A stretch of DNA of 64,000 nucleotides from Eledone cirrhosa (Eukaryota), in NCBI GenBank assembly GCA_964016885.1, contig OZ024745.1:130200001-130264000 (forward strand). The letters run 5' to 3'. The stretch's first letter is position 1. The number at the start of each line of letters is the position of its first letter. The notes beneath the pieces were generated by a model. That model had not been told where the DNA came from, made no database searches, and saw only the letters and a program-made list of their open reading frames with translations. Below are positions 43,322 through 57,375 of this stretch, piece after piece. Made by a program: the position numbers and the translations under genes.

Positions 43322-44250
43322 CATTGTTGTTGTTTGTGATATTACTATAGCATTATTATTGTTGTTGCTGCTTTTGATATTACAACAGCTATAACAACAA
43401 CAGCAACAAAAACAATAACAGCAACAATAACAACAACAGCAACAACAACAATAACAACAACAGCAACAACAACAATAACAACAACAGCAACAAAAACAAT
43501 AACAACAGCAATAACAACAACAGCAACAAAATAATAACAACAACAGCAACCAAAACAATAACAATAGCAATAACAACAACAGCAACAAAAACAATAACAG
43601 CAACAATAACAATAACAGCAATAACAACAACAGCAGCAACAACAATAACAACAACAATAACAACAAAAGCAACAAAAACAATAACAACAACAATAACAAC
43701 AACAGCAGTAACAACAATAACATCAACAATAACAACAACAGCAACAAAAACAATAACATCAACAATAACAACAACAGCAACGACAACAATAACAACAACA
43801 GCAATAACAACAACAGCAGCAACAACAATAACAACAACAATAACAACAACAGCAACAAAAACAATAATAACAACAATAACAACAACAGCAACGACAACAA
43901 TAACAACAACAATATCAATAATGACAATAATAACAACAATAACAACAACAGCAACAACAACAATAACAACAACAATATCAATAATGACAATGATAACATA
44001 ATATAACAACAACAATAATAATAATAAAAACAACAACCACAACAATGATATTGAGAAGAATAATAGTAACAATAATTACAATAACAACAACAACAATGAT
44101 AATAATAACAATACAAATTATCCTTATTATGGTTGTTGTTGTTGTTATTCTTCTCCTTAGTATAGCTGTGGTTGTCGTTGTTGTTATAGTTGTTATCACT
44201 GTTAACATTATTATTATCGTTATTGTCATAATCGTTATTGTTGTTGTTGC

Positions 44251-44290
<40 letters not shown>

Positions 44291-44490
44291 GTTGTTGTTG
44301 TTGTTGTTATGATTATATATTATTATTATTGTTGTTGTTGTTGTTATTATTAATATTAATGTTGTTTTTGTTGATGCTATTTTATTATTAATATTATTAT
44401 TATTATTATTATTGTTGTTGTTGTCGTTGTTATTGTTGTTGTTGTTGTTGTTGTTGTTATTATTATTATTATTACTATTATTATTATTAA
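43322..44490. repeat. Degenerate (CAA/TAA/CAG)n array switching to (TTG/TTA)n
   Basis: AAC-rich ~43385-44115 flanked by GTT/ATT-rich tracts; source of the poly-L/V/C ORFs. Confidence 0.9.
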
Positions 44491-46383
44491 TATTTTCTCT
44501 GGAGCAAAGCAGGCAACTTATACGCTTTTAATAATCATTAGACAAAGAATCTGCAAATATTAGCTGCGCCATCACAGTAATTACATTCACCTCCACTTCT
44601 ACCAATAATACTCTAAGTCATACTTTAATAGCAACTAGGAAACCAAGAAACGCTCTAACAATAATTATAATTATGATTATTATCATCATTTCACTATCAT
44701 TATTATATTATTTTAATATCTTGATAAAGTGTTGCTATGGCAGTAATAAGAATGCATGATGATATTTCAGATAAGTTATATGACATGATAACAATTACTT
44801 CGAAAACTATTTCAAATATGAAGAGCTTTACAATTAATGATGTGAGTTTCATATCATTGTTATCTCTACGTATAAGCTATCGCCATATTTTTACTACATA
44901 AATAATAAACATGTAGATATTGAGATATATATGTTTCGGAATGTATCGCCTGAAGGAACACACAGACCAAGTATACTAACAACAGGCTGAATCATCATCT
45001 TTGAATAAAAGATATATATTCTACTCCATTTATCAAGTACACTTCTCCCACGTGTACATGAAAGTATACCTCCAGTATAGACGCACAGGTATATTAATCT
45101 ATATGAATTAGAGCTCTTTATTAGAAATCTAACACTAAATGAATAAACGTAATACAATTTTATATTGTATATAAAGAGATATAATTAATAGGTCCTTAGA
45201 TATTATTTTGAGAAGTAACATTAATGTTCCTAAATCTATCGACGTTTCAACGCAACTTTTTTTTAAATTAAGTGAGTTTATTTTAGATTATACATGATAA
45301 TGTGCCTTATCGTTTTAATATAAGATAAGAATCAAAGGAATGGGGTTATATTATTGATTAGTTGTAAAATATCGCTGGGTGAAAATATGTTTACAGCTAA
45401 ATATATTTATCAATACAATACAAGGAAGGGCTTGTTTTTTGCACGAAAAATACGTTAGAATGCTAATTACCACAACACAATTTGAAGAACTAACAAGGAA
45501 TCGCGACCCATCTTTAATATAAGGTAACTTTCTATAATCCCCTCACTGTGGATTCACTGTGTTATATTTGTTTCTTCTACTTTCTTATTACCTTGACATT
45601 CTTACCCAACACGCATTGTCGGGGTTCCGAGTAACCAAACTTATTTCTTAGTTGTATTTGTATCTTTAACATAAAAGTTAGATTCTGAACATACTCGTAT
45701 TGTTTTAATTATGCATGTACTCAGAGACGTACATAGAGGTGCATATATGAAAATATAAAATTATCGCAATGCTCTTATAACATTTTCGTTTTGGTTAAAA
45801 ACTTATTTGCGCGCGGGTCATTTGATATGGTCTTTCTCTTGACAGATATGATGGAAAGCGAATTAGACTACATCTGCTACTAGCTAGCTGACTTCTCTGT
45901 CTGTTCGTTCCCAAAATAATGTGTTAAATGTTAGTTTTTGTTAATCAGAATGTTCGTCTAATATTTGCAACAATACAGGTCTTGAAAATATGAATACAAC
46001 ATTTTGTTTTCAAAAGATTCGATTTGTTATTCACTATCTTTACATAAAAAGCAATATTCGCCTGGAAAAAGATTCCACCAGTGACGAAATGTGATTATCT
46101 GCATCGCATACTACTTCTTGGTCGATGGCATGTGCCCGGCGTCTGAAGGCCTGTGCAATGGAATAAACAGGTGATAATCCAAAGGTGAACTATGTGGACT
46201 AGATTAAAACTGCTTTAAGAGAGCAAACCTTAGGTTTTGTGCTATACCAAGAATGAAAGCATCAGTATTAGAAACACGGGGAAAATTAACTTTTCACTAT
46301 TCAATGTTTAAAGCCAAGACGCTGTACTCTATGTAGCAATAGTGTTGTATGTTAGATAGCATATACACACATATATTATATAT

Positions 46384-46760
46384 GTCAGGTCACTCTCGAG
46401 TGCTACTGATAACATGTAACCCAGTAGCACCTGTCTCATGTTCGGGTCGCCGGCAACTAAACCGGCAGCCCCACCAAGCTTGCTTGGTAAGGAGGGTGAT
46501 ACTTGGACACTGTGTGAGATGAAATACAAGACCCGATAAAGGACGGAGGAACTCAACAGAGTCAAGGGCCATCTAAATAGTACCTTTTTTCCACCTGGGA
46601 AACACAACACCTTTCTAAGAAAGGGGAAACTCTGAAAATAAACCTGCGGCTTCGGAAGCATCCGGTGATGTTGACCAGTTCTCTTTTTCGGGTAGTGTTT
46701 TCTATGCTCAGAGAGTGGGATTGGTCGAGTGCAAGGCCTTTCGCCATTTAAAAAACCTTC
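46384..46760 (+). mobile_element. RTE-type LINE 5' region with structured leader
   Basis: Homologous to the minus-strand leader at 35761-35877; contains tctaagaaaggggaaactctgaaaataaacc. Confidence 0.6.
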
Positions 46761-46885
46761 AAAGCACAGGCATTGTTTGTTCAGGATCTGTTACATGTTA
46801 GTGTGGCTGGTTGTAGCCTAGAAGTGCTCCACTTTCTGTAATCTGACAAGCGATTGCAATACTCTTACCTGAGTCTGCAGCCATC

Positions 46886-47005
<120 letters not shown>

Positions 47006-47105
47006 TGTGTGTGTGTGTGCAAAAGGCAAACAGAAATACCAGGGCCAACGACACAGAACGATGATGAAATATTTTAGTTTTATACTTTATGTAGTAGGAA
47101 AAGAA

Positions 47106-47140
47106 TCTGAAAATTTCGGACGCTAGGCCTTCATCAGAAA
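47106..47140 (-). ncRNA. Degenerate minimal hammerhead motif
   Basis: ttt-CTGATGA-aggcctagcgtcc-GAAA-ttt-TC-aga, about 100 bp from a (TA)n tract. Confidence 0.5.
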
Positions 47141-47419
47141 ATAGAAGGAGAAATTAGAGAAGAAATAAAAATATAGAGGACTGTGAGCAATGGCAGAAAC
47201 CAAAGAAGAAAATATTTTTTTGAGGAAAAACAAGTCTATTCACATCCACATTGTGCAAGAATAATCGAGAATGTAGCCATTTTCTATTTCAAACATTTTA
47301 TTTCTACAAAGATAAATAAGTGCATATATATATCACAATCTGAGCGTTGACTCATCGATAATTAATGAATGATGCTTGTTGTTGTGAAGGCAGACAAGAC
47401 AGAAATAATCAACAGAAGG

Positions 47420-47493
<74 letters not shown>

Positions 47494-47501
<8 letters not shown>

Positions 47502-47977
47502 ATACTTCGGGAGGGTCATGTTGCCAATAAAGACACATGCACCTCAGATTTTCACTTCAATTTATTTTAAATTTCGGGTTGGTTCGATAACCGGAAAGTT
47601 GTTTATATATTGTCAAAGTTCTCTCGTCACACATTCTGTGACCTCCTCAGTGACTAGGTTTATATTTTGTGCTAGGAGAGAACAAAGGAGAGACACACAA
47701 AATAAAAACCTAGACCCTGGGGAGGTCACAGAATGTGTGACGAAAAAGCTTTGACAATATATAAACAACTTTCCGGTTATCGAACCAATCAATCAACCGT
47801 AAATGTATAATAAATTAAAGTGAAAACCAGAAGGTACGTGTGTTTTTTTGTCTTTTTTTGGCAACCTGACCATCCCAAAAATATTAGAATTTCTGTTTCA
47901 ACACACGTTTTTAGATAGGAAATCTAGCAAAACAAATTCAAATATATATATATATATATTTGAATTTGTTTTGCTAG

Positions 47978-47982
<5 letters not shown>
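47494..47982 (+). mobile_element. Family C palindrome with degenerate hammerheads on both arms (47612-47654 minus, 47713-47755 plus)
   Basis: Arm consensus gtca-CTGAGGA-ggtcacagaatgtgtgac-GAAA-gagc-TT-tgac; the tail end is itself re-inverted at 47920-47982. Confidence 0.8.
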
Positions 47983-48076
<94 letters not shown>

Positions 48077-48148
48077 GAGAGCGAGAGAGAGAGGTAGAAC
48101 ACTGGAAGGTAATATGCGTAATGGTAGAGCACTCAGTCCATATATACA

Positions 48149-48194
<46 letters not shown>

Positions 48195-51100
48195 ATGTGT
48201 TGGTGTGTCAGAGTACTTCTTTGTGTCTCTCTCTGTGTTAGATGTGGCTGTATTTTTACCGTTTATCACTGTAATTGAGACAGCAGTTGCATTGTCTGAA
48301 ACATTCCCTGAATAAATAAAGCACATTCTATTTACTGCACTCGCATCTAACTTGAATTAAACAAAAAGAAGACAACACTTATCGCCGAGGAGATAATTTT
48401 TCTTTGTTTTTTACTCTGTAATTAGCAATACAATTTCCCCATAACAAATAAATGTCTATATTTAATTTTAAACGTGTTTGAAAATATAAGTTATGTTGTC
48501 CATAATGTTTCAAATCATTATTGATTTAAATAAAGTATTACGGTTTCACACGCAAATCGGAAAGGCCAAAAATTAGTAGAGCTTCTCTTTTGGGAATTCT
48601 ACCGGTATATATTCTCCATTTGCTCTGATACTTTGCAACGCTCTTTGAAATCTATTTTCCACGTATTCTATTCAAGTGCATATTAAACAAAAATTACCAA
48701 ATTTCCCCTATATATAGATTGATTCTAAACATGAAATTGGATGAATTTGAAGATAATTCCACAGTTGTTAATTACTAAGTCAATTCAAAAAGAAAAAAAA
48801 AAGAACAAAAACGTTATTGAAAATGTCAGCTACAGGATATAATGACTCAATTATATATTTTGATATGTATTACGTCACTAGTGTACACTTTTGTGCACCT
48901 TTCAAAAGCATTAATATTCGCCAGAACATCCATGCCTTTATTCGGATCAGCTTAAGTCCCCAGAATTCCAATGAAATAAGCCCTTCTAATATGCTAATCA
49001 TTATTCTATATGGGATACTTGTATCCAGAATAATTCAAATTATCCTAGATACCTACAGGAAATTCATTGAGTTTCAAACGCGATCGTAACAATAGACTAT
49101 CCATCGAATGAAACGATGTAGTCAATAAGATATTTCTATTCATAACATATTTAAAATGTTAAAATATACGGATTTTTAATAAAGTAATATCACTTCATAA
49201 TTATCACACAGATCACCCCCCCCCCTCCATCCCCACCCAGAAAAAAAAGAAAGAAACAAAGACAGAAAGAAAGAAAAAATACAATATATGTTTTACTTTC
49301 TTCAATATGCTTGTAAGTTAAAAACATGGAGTAGTTAAGATTGGCATGGTTTTGGTGATTGGACAACTAGTACTAGTAAAATGTAGACATGAACAATTGT
49401 AGCGAACTTATTAATCGAGCGAAGAAACTCTATACTGTGTGTTCCTATGATTTACCACCAGTCGGCTCTGATCGAAAATGCATTTTAGCATATCAATATT
49501 TACTTTGTCTAAGTCTAAGCTAAGAAAATTATATTAGAGAGCAGTCAATATTTCGAATGACATATTGTCCATATTCTGTTGCACACTAGTCTGATGCGTT
49601 TGGGAGTTTTCATGGACATGGACGAAATGTAGTCTCGATATACTAGATAAAAGGCACCGATCTCACGGATAGTTCCAATAACGTACCCAGGTGTTTCTTC
49701 TCATCAATTTAAGAAACAAATCCCACCATAGCAAATAAGCGCCAGCCATGTCCAGCAGATCTTTGAGTTCATTTACACAGTAGTTATGCGATAACAGCCC
49801 CAATTCGTCTTGAAATCTTTTCTCTAATCTGGTAATCGAATACATATCTACTCAATTATTTCGAGTGCATAAAAATAGTTATAAATCATTTACAAACCAG
49901 AGTTAGGAAGAGTGTAACTATAAATGTTCCCTTATTTCATAGGTGCATAAATGAACACCAAAGCACTTCCTTCATTGAGCTCATTCCGTCCATACACCAA
50001 CGCCGTCTAAGATAAAATACATAATGCCCACATATACACATAGTCACTGATTTGTAGTCAATTGTACCCTTATTTTTATTGTATAAGCATGAAGAGAAGG
50101 GCTGGACGAATAACCCTTATTGGGTCTTATGAGACCTATAGTAATGAGGAAGAAAAATATGCTTAGACTAGAAACCATACGACTGAGTGGATTCTGCTGA
50201 CGGGCCGTGTTATGGTCTTAAGCCGGAAGATAGATTTAGTCTATTAACCAATTAGATAATACTCTAACATCCCCAGCAATCCATCGCCGTGAATTGTTAC
50301 TATATTTTCCCGAACCTAAATTGATAAAAGGCAGAATTTGAACTCATGTCGCAGATATCTTGGATGAATATTAGATGTCAATTTTCATTTGTTTTAACCG
50401 CTCTAATCTATTAAACGATTGAATGTCAAGTACTGTTTTATTGATCCTAAATTAACGAAGTTCACCATAGTCTGTGGCAGATAGGAACTAGAGTTTTGTA
50501 TTTAGCTCATATTAATGAAAGCATTCTAAATAGGAAATGTTTTAATATTTTCCAACTGCATTATTAATTGGAATAATAGTTAATAGTTGATATTTTCACA
50601 CGACTTTGAAGAATCATATCCTATAAGAATAATTAACACTAATCTATAAAAGAAATTAGAATGCAAGCAATATAATCGTGGTCTTCAGGTGTGTGGTAAC
50701 CTCACAAAATCAAAAATTGTAAATATATTTACATGAATAATTTTATATGCAGATGAAGACGATGATCTCAATCTAGTAGATTACGATGGTAAGTGTTTCA
50801 CTATTAATGATTGTATGCAGTTGTACCTTGAATATTCTTCAAATCTACTACAGGAAGTTGTCTAAAATTTCAATTAGAATTTGCCGGCTCAAATTTCCGT
50901 TTATTTTGTCAGCATTTAATAGGTAAGTGATTAGTTTGAAACTAAAATTTGAAACATAGAAAATCAATATGCCATATTTCCGAAGATATATACAAAATGT
51001 TATTGTGCCACGATAATGATAACGCCACGATTGCATTTCATTTCGGATAGAAACAAAATGTCAATTGGAAACAGGCACTATCCTAATGTGTGTCAAATAT

Positions 51101-52120
51101 GTGTGCTCCTCCACAATATACAGCTGGTGATAAAATCTTTAACTTTAACAATTGTATTTTCATTTATGACTGAGAGGGTCGCGGGGTCAGTGTCCACAAA
51201 CACTTCTTCCAGCAGGTCCTGCCAGAAACAACCGTTTCCTACTGATTGGGCTGGATCCCCAAGCCGGAACAACCAAACCCATGAATGTTATCCAAGCTTC
51301 TTGCTCGGGGTCTACCATTGGGTCTCCTGCTAGTTGGTTGTGCCCGTAAAATCTGACCGCGATTCTCTCCTGAGATATTCTAACCACATATCTATAGTGT
51401 CGGAGTGGTGATCTCTCAATATTTTAACAACATCTATCTCCGCTCGAAACAGTAGAGGAACTGAAAATAGACTATTGGAGCTGCACAAATCAATGAAGAG
51501 GCATTCCAGTAAGTTCCTACGTTTTGAGTTAAATGCGGACCAGTGATTCTGTGGTACCTACACAATCCAATAGGGTTACTTGATAAATAAAAACTAGTGT
51601 AACTCGAAACTTAAGATTTTGATAAATATTTCGACGAATTATTGATTTAACCATATATGATGCATTATAATATGAAACAATATTGATTTATTTAAAAATT
51701 ATACATTAGACATTCAGAGTGTACACTGAAAAAGAAATGGAATTGTAATGTTGTGTCGTTCATGAAAATGAACGACAAAGTTGACCGGCTGCAATTCCGA
51801 AAGAAATCAATACTTCTAATATAACGTAAGGTTATTGGTTCCATGAATAAATTGCATAAACAAGAAATTGTCATTATATTTTGTCAAATGCCAAATAACA
51901 GCAACAACTTCCACAATAATAACAACAACAATAACAATAGCAACAATAACAACTTCAACAAAATATGCAAAACTGAAGGACAAACAAAAACAATGTGCAA
52001 CAGAAATACTAATATAACAATAATTACTATATGATGGTGACGATGATGATGATGATGATGATGATGATGATAATGATTATGATGATGATGAGGAGGAAGA
52101 GGAGAAGGACTACGATGACA

Positions 52121-52169
<49 letters not shown>

Positions 52170-52537
52170 CACAAAACAGCTATAATTTTGTGTACAAGTA
52201 ATGACGACTGTATTAACCTTATAATATGACTGATGATATTTCTATCGATCCGGAGCAATGAAAAGCAAATGTGACACTAAGAGTTCGGGATTGAAACAGA
52301 AAAGTATATACATACACATATAATATACACATACATACATTTCCTGTGTGTGTTTAGTCTAATAACACCAACCATTTCATCTAGACGTCTGATGAAAAGT
52401 AGATGCAACTCAGAGCATAGTAAATCGGTATGGAAAATACTGGGGTATGCTTTGAAACCCTAGGTAGTGTTTAACTATTTCAAATAATAATATATATTTA
52501 TTTATATATTTGTATATATGTATGTATTGTGTGTGTT

Positions 52538-52668
<131 letters not shown>

Positions 52669-52716
52669 TTACAGATATATATATACAAAAAACACACACA
52701 CACAACACATACATAT

Positions 52717-52756
<40 letters not shown>

Positions 52757-52758
<2 letters not shown>

Positions 52759-53210
52759 CCATAGATTAATATGGTTCATTGATTACTCAATTAATACAGT
52801 TTTACAATAGATTAAAAGCACTCTACAAAGAAGTTTTCTGGGGTTATTAATATTATTCACAATATTAATAAATGAAGACGTTGACATAATCAAAATATAT
52901 GTTTTATTATATATATTTCGGCGGTACTATGCTGTTTTTTCAGTACGTCTTCATCAGATAAAATATATGAATTGATGTATGACATACCTCAACTGTCTTG
53001 ATGGTTCAATTCCAGTATTGGCAGTATTGGAATACTGCCAATACTGGAATTGAACCATTAAGACAGTTGAGGTATGTCATACATCAATTCATATATTTTA
53101 TCTGATGAAGACGTACTGAAAAAACAGCATAGTACCGCCGAAATATATATAATAAAACATATATTTTGATTATGTGAATGTCTTCATTTATTAATATTTT
53201 GAATAATATA
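52757..53210 (-). mobile_element. Palindromic insert with intact hammerheads on both arms (52902-52963 minus, 53096-53157 plus)
   Basis: ~180-bp arms centred near 53030; ttttat-CTGATGA-agacgtactg...gtaccgcc-GAAA-tatata-TA-ataaaa; tail on the left. Confidence 0.9.
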
Positions 53211-53536
53211 TATATGTATTTGATGTTCTACCTATACGGCACACTTACTTCATTTTACAGTTACGAAGCAGAAGAAAATGTATAAAGTGTGATAAATGTA
53301 AATTCTACTTGGCTGATATTCTTTACTGTTAATTATTTTAAATTCCCCAACATAATGTTTGCTTTGCCAGTAATAATAATTCTATAAATTAAAAGCCCAC
53401 GTCAGTAGAGTTTTAACTCAGAATATATAGGAGGCAACAAGATAGTGGTTTATATTTTATCTTAGTTTCGAACATAAAATATAATTCATCGAGCAAATAA
53501 ACCTCCTACTCACAAATATAATTTGTAATTAACCAA

Positions 53537-53700
53537 TCATTGTTTCTACTTTAGGCACAAGGCCAGCAATAATACTTGTGCATTACTGGTGCTTCATTTT
53601 AAGGATGAAAGACAAAGTTAACCTCGGTGAGAGTTGAACTCATACTGTAAAGAGCCGCAACTCTATGCTGCAAAGCATGACCCCGACCCTATAACGATAC
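53537..53700 (-). mobile_element. tRNA-derived SINE
   Basis: Reverse complement of the SINE core and head. Confidence 0.75.
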
Positions 53701-54281
53701 TCCAAATAACAACACACTTAATGTAATTCTCGAGTCGAATCAGCCTTAAATGATTGGACTAGGCTACACCTTTCTCCTGCAAGTACACCTCTCGATAGAC
53801 TCACACGGGTTTCTATCCAAAGATGTTCATTCACAAAGTTTAGACCGAATGTGTGTGTGTGAGAGCGAGAGAGGTGGGGGCTAGAAAGAGAGAGAGTGAG
53901 TGTATGTGTATATGTATGTATTTGTGTGTGCGTGCATGTGAGTATGTCTTCATATATATTATGTTAATATATATATGCACGTCTATGTTCCCCAAACTAA
54001 TCCACGATAATATATAATTCAATTGTGTATCTATGCTTGTTTCCCAGTTAAAGCTTTCTCTAATTCCGAATCTATAAAATGATGATGGCATTTTATGTCA
54101 CTACCCTACAGCGTTGCCACTACATAGTTGTTAAATTTCAGCCCCAAACCCTCACCGATTATCACACGAAATTCAGCAGGGAGAATCCTTTCTAGTCGAA
54201 CAGAAATAAGGTTCCATAAGAGTCTATCATTTATTTAAACATATCAAATCACATTAGATACACTGATCGCTAGTTTATAAG

Positions 54282-54359
<78 letters not shown>

Positions 54360-54451
54360 TGGAAGCTTAGTAAAATCGATGCTTTTGCTGTGGCAAAATA
54401 TATATAGAGAGGGAGATATCTAGACGCATGTAATGCCCCCCCCCCCCCCCC

Positions 54452-54487
<36 letters not shown>

Positions 54488-54495
<8 letters not shown>

Positions 54496-54920
54496 TAAAA
54501 GGAATTACAACTTTGTCTGATTTACTCATTTTATTTACAATCCTTTAAAATTTATAATGGTATTAGAATGAGATAGAATGGTAGAATATTAAATGGTAAG
54601 TGTTAATTGAACAAGTACTTTCATGCTTTCGCAATCTTCAGGTTCATAATGTGTGGTGACAGTCAAGTTTGCAATTTTCAACTGTTGAAAATTGCAAACT
54701 GGACTGTCACCACACAATATGAACCTGAAGATTGCGAAAGCATGAAAGTACTTGTTCAATTAACACTTACCATTTAATATTCTACCATATTATTTCATTC
54801 TAATACCATTATAAATTTTAAAGGATTGTAAATAAAATGAGTAAATCAGACAAAGTTGGAATCCTTTTATTAATATAATCTTCTATACACAATCATACAC
54901 ACCCGAGTATATTTATCTAT
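54488..54920 (+). mobile_element. Palindromic insert with intact minimal hammerheads on both arms (54609-54645 minus, 54721-54757 plus)
   Basis: ~190-bp arms centred at 54683; gaac-CTGAAGA-ttgcgaaagcat-GAAA-gtac-TT-gttc; ~40-bp tail. Confidence 0.9.
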
Positions 54921-55070
54921 GTATATAAATATATATATATATATATATAAATATATATATACATAGTAATAATAATAAATGTGAAGACTGAAATCCAAAG
55001 AGGGCTCGATAAGGATAAATATATATCAAATATATAAGAAGCGTAGAGCAAATATTTATTAAAATAACAG

Positions 55071-55102
<32 letters not shown>

Positions 55103-55105
<3 letters not shown>

Positions 55106-55247
55106 ATACTTAGGGTAGTAGAGTGGGTAATAGGAACGTGTAGGACCCCGACGGCTGAGCTCAAGCCGTTTCGACGGCTAATTCTGGAGTCCAGAGTTAG
55201 CCGTCGAAACGGCTTGAGCTCAGCCGTCGGGGTCCTACTCGTTCCTA
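55103..55247 (-). mobile_element. Family B palindrome
   Basis: Near-perfect inverted repeat 55130-55248 centred on ctggagtccag; partial tail on the left. Confidence 0.85.
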
Positions 55248-55377
55248 TATATATATATATATATAAATAGATTTATGTATGTAGGTATACATGTAAGAAT
55301 AATGTGTGTATGTATGCGAGCCGGTGAGAGTAGGCAACACACGGCATTATGAAGAAATATATTAGTTTAACTCTCGC

Positions 55378-55429
<52 letters not shown>

Positions 55430-55481
55430 TGTGTGTGTTTGTTTGTGTGGGGGCTTACGTGTATTTGCGTTTGTGGTGAAA

Positions 55482-55524
<43 letters not shown>

Positions 55525-55847
55525 TTGGCATATAAATAAAAATGAATGTGTGTTTCAAAATTTGTTGTTTTCCGGTAGTATTTAAATAATACCATTATCC
55601 ATTCATTATATTTATCCTATTTCTGATGTTACCTATTGATTTAATCAGTCGCTTCTTTGTACTTATTTATTCTTATACTTCTTGCTACATACAAACGTAA
55701 TTATTATCATGGTAACGGTATATACATGTATATAATGTGTATATACATATATACACGTCAATGCTGTTCTATGCATTGATATGTATGATTGTATGAAAAT
55801 ATGTATATTATAATGAATGTATATATGTATATATATATATGTATTCA

Positions 55848-55884
<37 letters not shown>

Positions 55885-56157
55885 TTATATATATGTATGT
55901 ATATGTACATATATATATGCATGTTTGTATGCATATATGTATGAATATATATGTGTGTACATACATATATGTATGTGTATATATATATATGTGTGTGTGT
56001 GTGTGTATGTATGTACATATATACATGCACATATACATATCTGTTTGCGTGTGTGTATGTATATGTATAATATATATATATGTGTATATATATGTATATA
56101 TATACACATATATATATATATATATATTTTTTTTTTTGTTCTCCCTGTTCAATTTTT

Positions 56158-56204
<47 letters not shown>

Positions 56205-56219
56205 CACATATCTATAGGC

Positions 56220-56308
<89 letters not shown>

Positions 56309-56888
56309 TAATTATATATTTATATATATAGTCATATGGGGTTGTACGCATGTATCATTATGTAGGCCTCTCATTCGTATATCTAATTGAATGAAACACA
56401 AATATAAGCGAATCCTGAGAAGCTATTTACGTTTGTAGTTTTATTATTATATTTTCTTTCATGGTGGCGGTAATGGTGATGGAGTTGTAGCTGTTATAGT
56501 CTCGGTGTTTAATATTGATGGTGTTGTTGATTCCGTTGTTCTCATAATTCTTTTTGATATTGAACATATTGTTATTATTATTTCAAGTAATTGTTTATTT
56601 CTAACAATATATATAAATATCTATTTATATATTAAATTAATGCTTAGACATGTGTACATCTATATGGAGATACATACACCCACACACATACACATGTATA
56701 TATATATATGTGTGTGTGAGTGTGTGTGTGTGTGTGTGTATAAATATGTGTATGTATTTATATGTAGTAAAAAAATCTCCTGGGATATGAAAGACAAAGG
56801 AAACCGTTTAGGATCTATGCACATACTCACACACACATACACACACTCACACTCACACACGCGCACACACACACACACACAAAAATAA

Positions 56889-56925
<37 letters not shown>

Positions 56926-57217
56926 CACATACACGGGTTGAAAATACTATGTAGTTGAATCACGTGTTCTCAGGTATTGTTTGGTAATTGTAGTGGAATT
57001 AACTCTATACAGAACTCCTCTATTGAACTAAGTGTCTTACCAATTCTCGATATGTACCTTCTGATTTTTCTCTGCTATGTATACAGAATTCATGACTCGC
57101 AAGCTTTACAAAGCATGTGCCATAGTTAATCAAATTTAGAAAAAAATAATTGAAAAACATGTGCCGCATATTAAGAGATATAACTATCAAGCGAGACATG
57201 AATTCTGGCCCACCCTG

Positions 57218-57370
<153 letters not shown>

Positions 57371-57375
57371 GTAAT

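Noticed and set aside
43283-44353. Poly-Leu/Val/Cys ORFs of up to 277 aa
   Set aside because: Readings of a trinucleotide repeat; no domain content.
51180-51360. Twister-like core gctggatccccaagccgg
   Set aside because: No GAGGG 3' strand or supporting stems found.
56930-57217. Mariner-like end (minus ta-cagggtgggcca)
   Set aside because: Only one plausible TIR; partner not convincing.
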